Shown in pieces: positions 40,352-44,747 of a stretch of 44,747 nt of DNA. Numbering within the stretch: the stretch's first letter is position 1; each line of letters starts with the position of its first letter. This DNA comes from an uncultured bacterium (GTDB lineage Bacteria > Lernaellota > Lernaellaia > Lernaellales > Lernaellaceae): assembly GCA_964534375.1 (NCBI GenBank), contig CAZHPN010000027.1, positions 1-44,747 of the forward strand. The letters run 5' to 3'. A program made the translations under genes and the position numbers. The notes below the pieces were generated by a model. That model saw only the letters and a program-made list of their open reading frames with translations. It was not told where the DNA came from and searched no databases.

Positions 40352-41554
40352 ATGAAATCAAAGTGGGCCATCATTCTTCTGTGTCTGTTTTGCGCGACGG
40401 CGCTGTTGTTCACGGTGCAGTGCGCGAGCAAGACCAGCAGCACCGGCGGCAGCGGCGGCGGCCAGTCGTACGCCCAGACGTTCTGCTCGCACATCATGGA
40501 TTGCGACCTCGGCAGCGAAATCGACGTCACGTCGATGGCGGCGTGCCTCAACTACTGCAACACGTCGATGAACCCGACGATCGGCAACTGCGTGTTGGGG
40601 GCGACAGATTGCGCCGAGGTCGAGGCATGCTTCAAGACGGCGGACGACGACGACAACGACGACAATGACGACAACGACGACAACGACGATTCGTCGCCCA
40701 GCGGTACGGTGGGGATCACCGATTGGGTGCCGTACATCGGCGCGCCCGACTATCCGTCGATCATGACGGAGGCGACGTCCATTCCGGGCATCGGCATTCA
40801 CGAAGCGGCGCTGCTGGCCATCGACGCGGCGAGCTTCGGCTGCTTGCTCGGCGGCGGCGAGATGCACTATATGTTGGACGGCGGTCCCGACACCGTGGCC
40901 GGCCAGATTCCATCCAGCGTCCAGTATAACGTGACCGACGACAAAATGATCGGCTACGATTTCACGAAAATCACGGGCGCGATCGTCGAGGGCCACCATG
41001 ATTTCGATTTCTACTGGACCAACAAATGCGGCGCCAAAAGCGCAACGGAGGAGTACTCATACAACGTCTCCGACTACCCCACGGCGATCGGGCACGTCAT
41101 GGCCGACTTCACGGAGAACGACGAAAACGGCAATCCGGTGTCGCTCAGCGATTCCACGTACACGAACATGATTGTCGCCATCGACGGGTTCGCCATGTGG
41201 TGCGGGCCTTGCAACGATGAAGCGTCCGCCGACGGGCCGCTGATGCAGACCTACAAAACCGCGGGCGACCCGGTCACGATGATCGGCCTGATGAACCAAG
41301 ATGAAAGCGGCAGCTCGAACATTACGCAAAGCGATCTGCAGAACTGGGTGGCCGACCACGATTGGACCAACCTGATCCCGTGCCTCGACGACGGCGACCG
41401 GACCGGGCATCCGAGCGTCCAACAACCGTATTGGCTCGAGCCGGCGTATCCCTTCAACATGCTTCTCGACAAGAACCACGTCATCCGCCTCAAATGGCAC
41501 GGCTATGGCGAGGGAATGATCGACGACGCGATTCAATGGTTGATGACGCAATAG
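40352..41554 (+). CDS. Lipoprotein: Cys-rich domain, Asp/Asn linker, beta domain, C-terminal TlpA-like thioredoxin domain
   Basis: GGAGGAGG RBS; TVQC lipobox-like; DDDDNDDNDDNDDNDD; FAMWCGPC; YPFNMLLDKNHVIR. Confidence 0.82.
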   Translation: MKSKWAIILLCLFCATALLFTVQCASKTSSTGGSGGGQSYAQTFCSHIMDCDLGSEIDVTSMAACLNYCNTSMNPTIGNCVLGATDCAEVEACFKTADDDDNDDNDDNDDNDDSSPSGTVGITDWVPYIGAPDYPSIMTEATSIPGIGIHEAALLAIDAASFGCLLGGGEMHYMLDGGPDTVAGQIPSSVQYNVTDDKMIGYDFTKITGAIVEGHHDFDFYWTNKCGAKSATEEYSYNVSDYPTAIGHVMADFTENDENGNPVSLSDSTYTNMIVAIDGFAMWCGPCNDEASADGPLMQTYKTAGDPVTMIGLMNQDESGSSNITQSDLQNWVADHDWTNLIPCLDDGDRTGHPSVQQPYWLEPAYPFNMLLDKNHVIRLKWHGYGEGMIDDAIQWLMTQ

Positions 41555-41586
41555 CGCCCATCAGCGCCGAGTGACGTTCTGACAAT

Positions 41587-41628
41587 CGGCGGCCGTCGTT
41601 TCGTAAAGAAACGGCGGCCGCCGTTTTT
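41587..41628 (+). terminator. Rho-independent terminator
   Basis: cggcggccgtcgtttc-gtaaa-gaaacggcggccgccg followed by T5. Confidence 0.88.
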
Positions 41629-41733
41629 CGTTCATTGCAAAAACAACCGCAACCTCTGCGTCCTCCGCGACCCCGGCGGTGAAAATTGAGATCAGGAATT
41701 AGGAGGCACAGAGAGACATCTCTTCGCCGCGCG

Positions 41734-42756
41734 TCAATGCGGATATATCGGCTTATTGAAATCGTCGTCGAGCCGCTCGTATTGCCGGCGGCGGCGGATC
41801 TTGGTGACGATCCACCCGAGGACGAGCAACACGGCGAGCAGGAACCACATCGCGCCCTGATTGAGCATCGTCAGCCACGTGTGATGGCGGCGCAGGTGCG
41901 TCTTCCATTGCGCTTCCAGCCCGCTCAGGCCTAGGCCGGTCGCGAGGGGCAAGGCGTCGACCACACTGTACCCGCCTTTGAGCTTCGCCAGCAACGGCGC
42001 CAGCCAACCCTGCTGCCGCAGAAATATCGCCAGCGACAGCGACTCCGCGTAGGCCAACCGCGCGCGCTCGCCCGCCGCGGGCCACTGGGTGACCAGTTCG
42101 CGCAACGGAATGAGCCCGTCGACAAGCAGCGCCAGCGTCAGCCGCGCCGAATCCATCGAACTCCACTCGCCGGCGATCATGCGCGCGACGCCCTCGTCGA
42201 GCCAGCGCGGCGCCCGCCGCTCGCCCAAGGCCAGGTACAGGTAGACATGGCTGAGTTCGTGCACGAAAACGTCGGCGTCGCCCCCGCGCAACCCTTCGCG
42301 CAACGCGCCGCTCGGCGAAAACAGGAAGATGGTCTTCTCGTCGACGCGCGCCGCGCCGGCCGACCATTTCGGCGGACGCTGATCGGGTTGGATGCTTTCG
42401 TAGGCCTCACGGTTCGGCACGAGCCGCACGACCACTTTGTCCGGCGGGTCGACGCCCAGGCCGTGCACGACGCGCCCGCGGAGCGTCTCGAGATTTTGCA
42501 CGTATCGCGTCACGACGGCCAATTCCGACGTCGGGAAGATGACGCCGAAGTGTTGGGTGTCCAGCCGCGCCCACATGGGACCGGAGCCGGCGAAGGCGGC
42601 CGTGGGGGCGGCCGCGAACAACGCGACTGCCAGAATCCAGGCGCTGGGACGAATCGCGAATGCGGAATGCGGAATGCGGAATGCGGAATGGAGAACGGCG
42701 AGCAGCCAATGGCGAATGGCGAACAGAAAACGGCTAACGGCGCGGCGCCCGTTCAT
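41734..42756 (-). CDS. Peptidase MA-like (gluzincin) domain protein with C-terminal TM anchor
   Basis: VFVHELSH followed by PRWLDEGVA; LAYAES; signal peptide ending AAFA; start uncertain because it lies in a repeat array. Confidence 0.8.
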   Translation of the reverse strand: MNGRRAVSRFLFAIRHWLLAVLHSAFRIPHSAFAIRPSAWILAVALFAAAPTAAFAGSGPMWARLDTQHFGVIFPTSELAVVTRYVQNLETLRGRVVHGLGVDPPDKVVVRLVPNREAYESIQPDQRPPKWSAGAARVDEKTIFLFSPSGALREGLRGGDADVFVHELSHVYLYLALGERRAPRWLDEGVARMIAGEWSSMDSARLTLALLVDGLIPLRELVTQWPAAGERARLAYAESLSLAIFLRQQGWLAPLLAKLKGGYSVVDALPLATGLGLSGLEAQWKTHLRRHHTWLTMLNQGAMWFLLAVLLVLGWIVTKIRRRRQYERLDDDFNKPIYPH

Positions 42757-42844
42757 TCCGCATTCCGCATTCGGCGTTCCGCATTCCGCGTTCGCCATTC
42801 CCCGTTCGGCATTCCACATTCGGCATTCGCCATTCCGCATTCAC
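42651..42844. repeat. Inverted heptamer array: 13 GAATGCG-like units, 12-nt spacer, 13 CATTCCG-like units
   Basis: Left arm 42651-42741, right arm 42754-42844, each 91 nt by manual count. Confidence 0.92.
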
Positions 42845-43135
42845 TCATAGGCCGAGCTTGTCGCGAACCTGCGCGGCGGACAAGCCCCGCACGCGGATCG
42901 TCTTGGCGCGGTCGGTTTCGCCGGCGACGATTTCCAGCGCGCTTTTCGGCACGCCGAGTTTTTTCGCGAGCAGCTTGAGCAGATGCGCGTTCGCCTTGCC
43001 TTTGTCCGGCGCGGCGGTTACGGCGATTTTCAGCCGGCCGTCGTGCAGCGGGCCGAGGCGGTCGGCGCTGGATTTGGGGGCGATGCGGGCGAAGAGCAGA
43101 ACGCCGTCGGCGGTTTCCTGAACCGGGCCGGTCAC
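42845..43135 (-). CDS. yggU: DUF167 / YggU family protein
   Basis: RIAPKSS, LKIAVTAAPDKGKAN, LGVPKS, GETDRAK. Confidence 0.9.
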   Translation of the reverse strand: MTGPVQETADGVLLFARIAPKSSADRLGPLHDGRLKIAVTAAPDKGKANAHLLKLLAKKLGVPKSALEIVAGETDRAKTIRVRGLSAAQVRDKLGL

Positions 43136-43632
43136 TTCTTGCCCAGAATGGCGACCTTGTCCGCTTCCGTGTCGTGACGCTTGGCGTCGCCGGCGGTCGC
43201 TTCGAGCAGCTTCAGGTGCGAGTGCAGGATGGCCGACAACTCGGCCTCGACGCGCGCCCGCTGCCGGCGCATTTCCGCGACGTCCTCGGCGAGTTTGCGC
43301 ACCTGCTCGTGGGCGTTGCTGGTCAGTTTTTCGGCGTCGAGCCGCGCTTCGGCGAGCATGATTTCGCGCTCTTTGCGGGCGTTTTCGAGGATGTTTTCCG
43401 CCGCCTTTTGCGTCGAAATGATCGCGTCCCTGAGGATTTTTTCGTTCTCGATCAACTCGCCCAGGCGGTTTTTCGTCCGCTTCATTTCTTCCTTAAGTTC
43501 GGCGTTTTCCCGGACCGAGGCCTCCAGTTCCATCGACACCATGTTGAGAAACGAATCGATCTCGCCGGCGTCGTAACGGCCGCGCGTCTTTTTAAATTGT
43601 TGCTGCCGAATATCCAGAGGCGTGATTTTCAT
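43132..43632 (-). CDS. divIVA: DivIVA domain protein
   Basis: MKITPLDIRQQQF..RYDAGEIDSFL followed by coiled coil; overlaps yggU start. Confidence 0.9.
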   Translation of the reverse strand: MKITPLDIRQQQFKKTRGRYDAGEIDSFLNMVSMELEASVRENAELKEEMKRTKNRLGELIENEKILRDAIISTQKAAENILENARKEREIMLAEARLDAEKLTSNAHEQVRKLAEDVAEMRRQRARVEAELSAILHSHLKLLEATAGDAKRHDTEADKVAILGKK

Positions 43633-43861
43633 CTGTCGTCATCTCCCGCGGGTTGCCGCACGTTTGCGGGCGATTAATAGCAAGGACGCGATTTTTTTGC
43701 AATCGAGACGGCGGGCCGGCTGCGCCCGAAAGCGCCCGGAGGGGGCCAAATTGGGGGAACGCATTTTCCGCTTGAATTTTCCCCTCATCTGCCCTTAACG
43801 TGCGTCTCAGCCTCGGTCAAGGGATCTGCGAGAAAAACAAGACAAATCCGGGAGAGCTTCC

Positions 43862-44747
43862 ATGCGGAAACTAATGTTCGTCCTCGCGGTCGCGGCGGCG
43901 GCGGTGCTGACCGGCTGCAACGACAGCAACCTGGCGGCGAAGCAGTTCGACGAATCACTGACGCGCATCCACACGGAGCAGACTTTCTTCAAAGATGCGC
44001 ACGGGCGGTACCTGTATATCAACGGCGTCAACCTGGCCGACGCGAAGGCGGGACCCGCGGTCTACGACCCGATCTCGTTCGTGGGCAAACCGTTCCCTGT
44101 CGAGGATCTGGACAAGCACTTCGAGTTGATCCAGAAACTCGGCTTCAACTCGGTGCGCTTCGTGTTGCAATGGGAAGCGATCGAGCCGAACGAGCGCGGC
44201 GTCTACGACGAGGACTATCTCGACTACCTCGAGACGGCGGTGGCCGCGGCCCAGCGGCACGGCATCTATTGCCTGATGGACATGCACCAGGACATGTTCT
44301 CGCGCTGGCTGCGCAAATACTACAACGACCTTTCCGGCGTGAACGGCCTCCGGGACCCGGCCGAAGCGCAGTTCGCCGCGGCGCACGGCTTCAACAACAG
44401 CGTCAACGGCGACGGCGCGCCGGAGTGGGTGGTGCAGGCGGCATTGCCGTGGAAGAACGTCGGCGGTCCGTATTGGGGGCTGCCGTACTCGATGGCCCCG
44501 AAGCCGAGCGAAACGACGGACGTGCTGCCGTGGACGAGCTGGTACCTGAACGTCGGCACGTCGCTCGACGAGAACATCTGCTACGCGGCGCTGATTGCCG
44601 GCAACGACGTCTGGCCGAATTACCGCATCGGCGGGCAACTGATCGGCGACTACCTGCAAGACGCCTACGCCGGCGCGTTCGCCCAGGTGGCCGCGCGCAT
44701 GAAGAATCATGACAACATTCTGGGCTACGACGTGATGAACGAGCCCG
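43862..44747 (+). CDS. Glycoside hydrolase family 5 (endoglycoceramidase-like) lipoprotein, 3' truncated; absent from the ORF track
   Basis: MRKLMFVLAVAAAAVLTGC lipobox; FKDAHGRYLYINGVN, GFNSVRF, WEAIEP, DMHQD, GDGAPEW, GYDVMNEP (catalytic NEP) at window end. Confidence 0.88.
   Translation, partial: MRKLMFVLAVAAAAVLTGCNDSNLAAKQFDESLTRIHTEQTFFKDAHGRYLYINGVNLADAKAGPAVYDPISFVGKPFPVEDLDKHFELIQKLGFNSVRFVLQWEAIEPNERGVYDEDYLDYLETAVAAAQRHGIYCLMDMHQDMFSRWLRKYYNDLSGVNGLRDPAEAQFAAAHGFNNSVNGDGAPEWVVQAALPWKNVGGPYWGLPYSMAPKPSETTDVLPWTSWYLNVGTSLDENICYAALIAGNDVWPNYRIGGQLIGDYLQDAYAGAFAQVAARMKNHDNILGYDVMNEP

Noticed and set aside
43633..43861. Possible riboswitch between divIVA and the GH5 gene
   Set aside because: Only short GC hairpins; no recognisable aptamer consensus

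Overview
High-GC bacterial chromosomal window; gene content (tetraheme cytochrome c3, receiver-TPR protein, DivIVA-YggU, Asp-rich lipoproteins) suggests a Deltaproteobacteria/Myxococcota-like diderm, which is an inference. Left to right: 3' part of acs; a surface-glycan modification cluster (two GT-C-like membrane proteins, SGNH hydrolase, DegT aminotransferase, B12-type radical SAM, PglF/CapD dehydratase) interrupted by a NYN/LabA gene; an OMP; fba; a PflX-like radical SAM; a class III ribonucleotide reductase operon; glyQS; M20 peptidase; MMPL transporter; pseudo-receiver/TPR protein; long MlaD; several Cys-rich/Asp-rich lipoproteins; HAD phosphatase; rarA; LpqC-like esterase; methyltransferase; cytochrome c3; peptidase MA-like protein; yggU; divIVA; and the 5' part of a GH5 lipoprotein. 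Most notable: (1) NrdD is split inside its C-terminal Zn ribbon, with the glycyl-radical segment on a separate 69-aa gene; (2) a ~270-nt, apparently structured nrdD leader lies downstream of tandem NrdR boxes; (3) many unrelated 7-nt and 9-nt tandem repeat families fill intergenic spaces, including a symmetric 13+13-unit inverted heptamer array that appears to supply a protein N-terminus. No rRNA, tRNA, CRISPR array or transposase was recognised. All calls come from reading motifs by eye; no searches were run.
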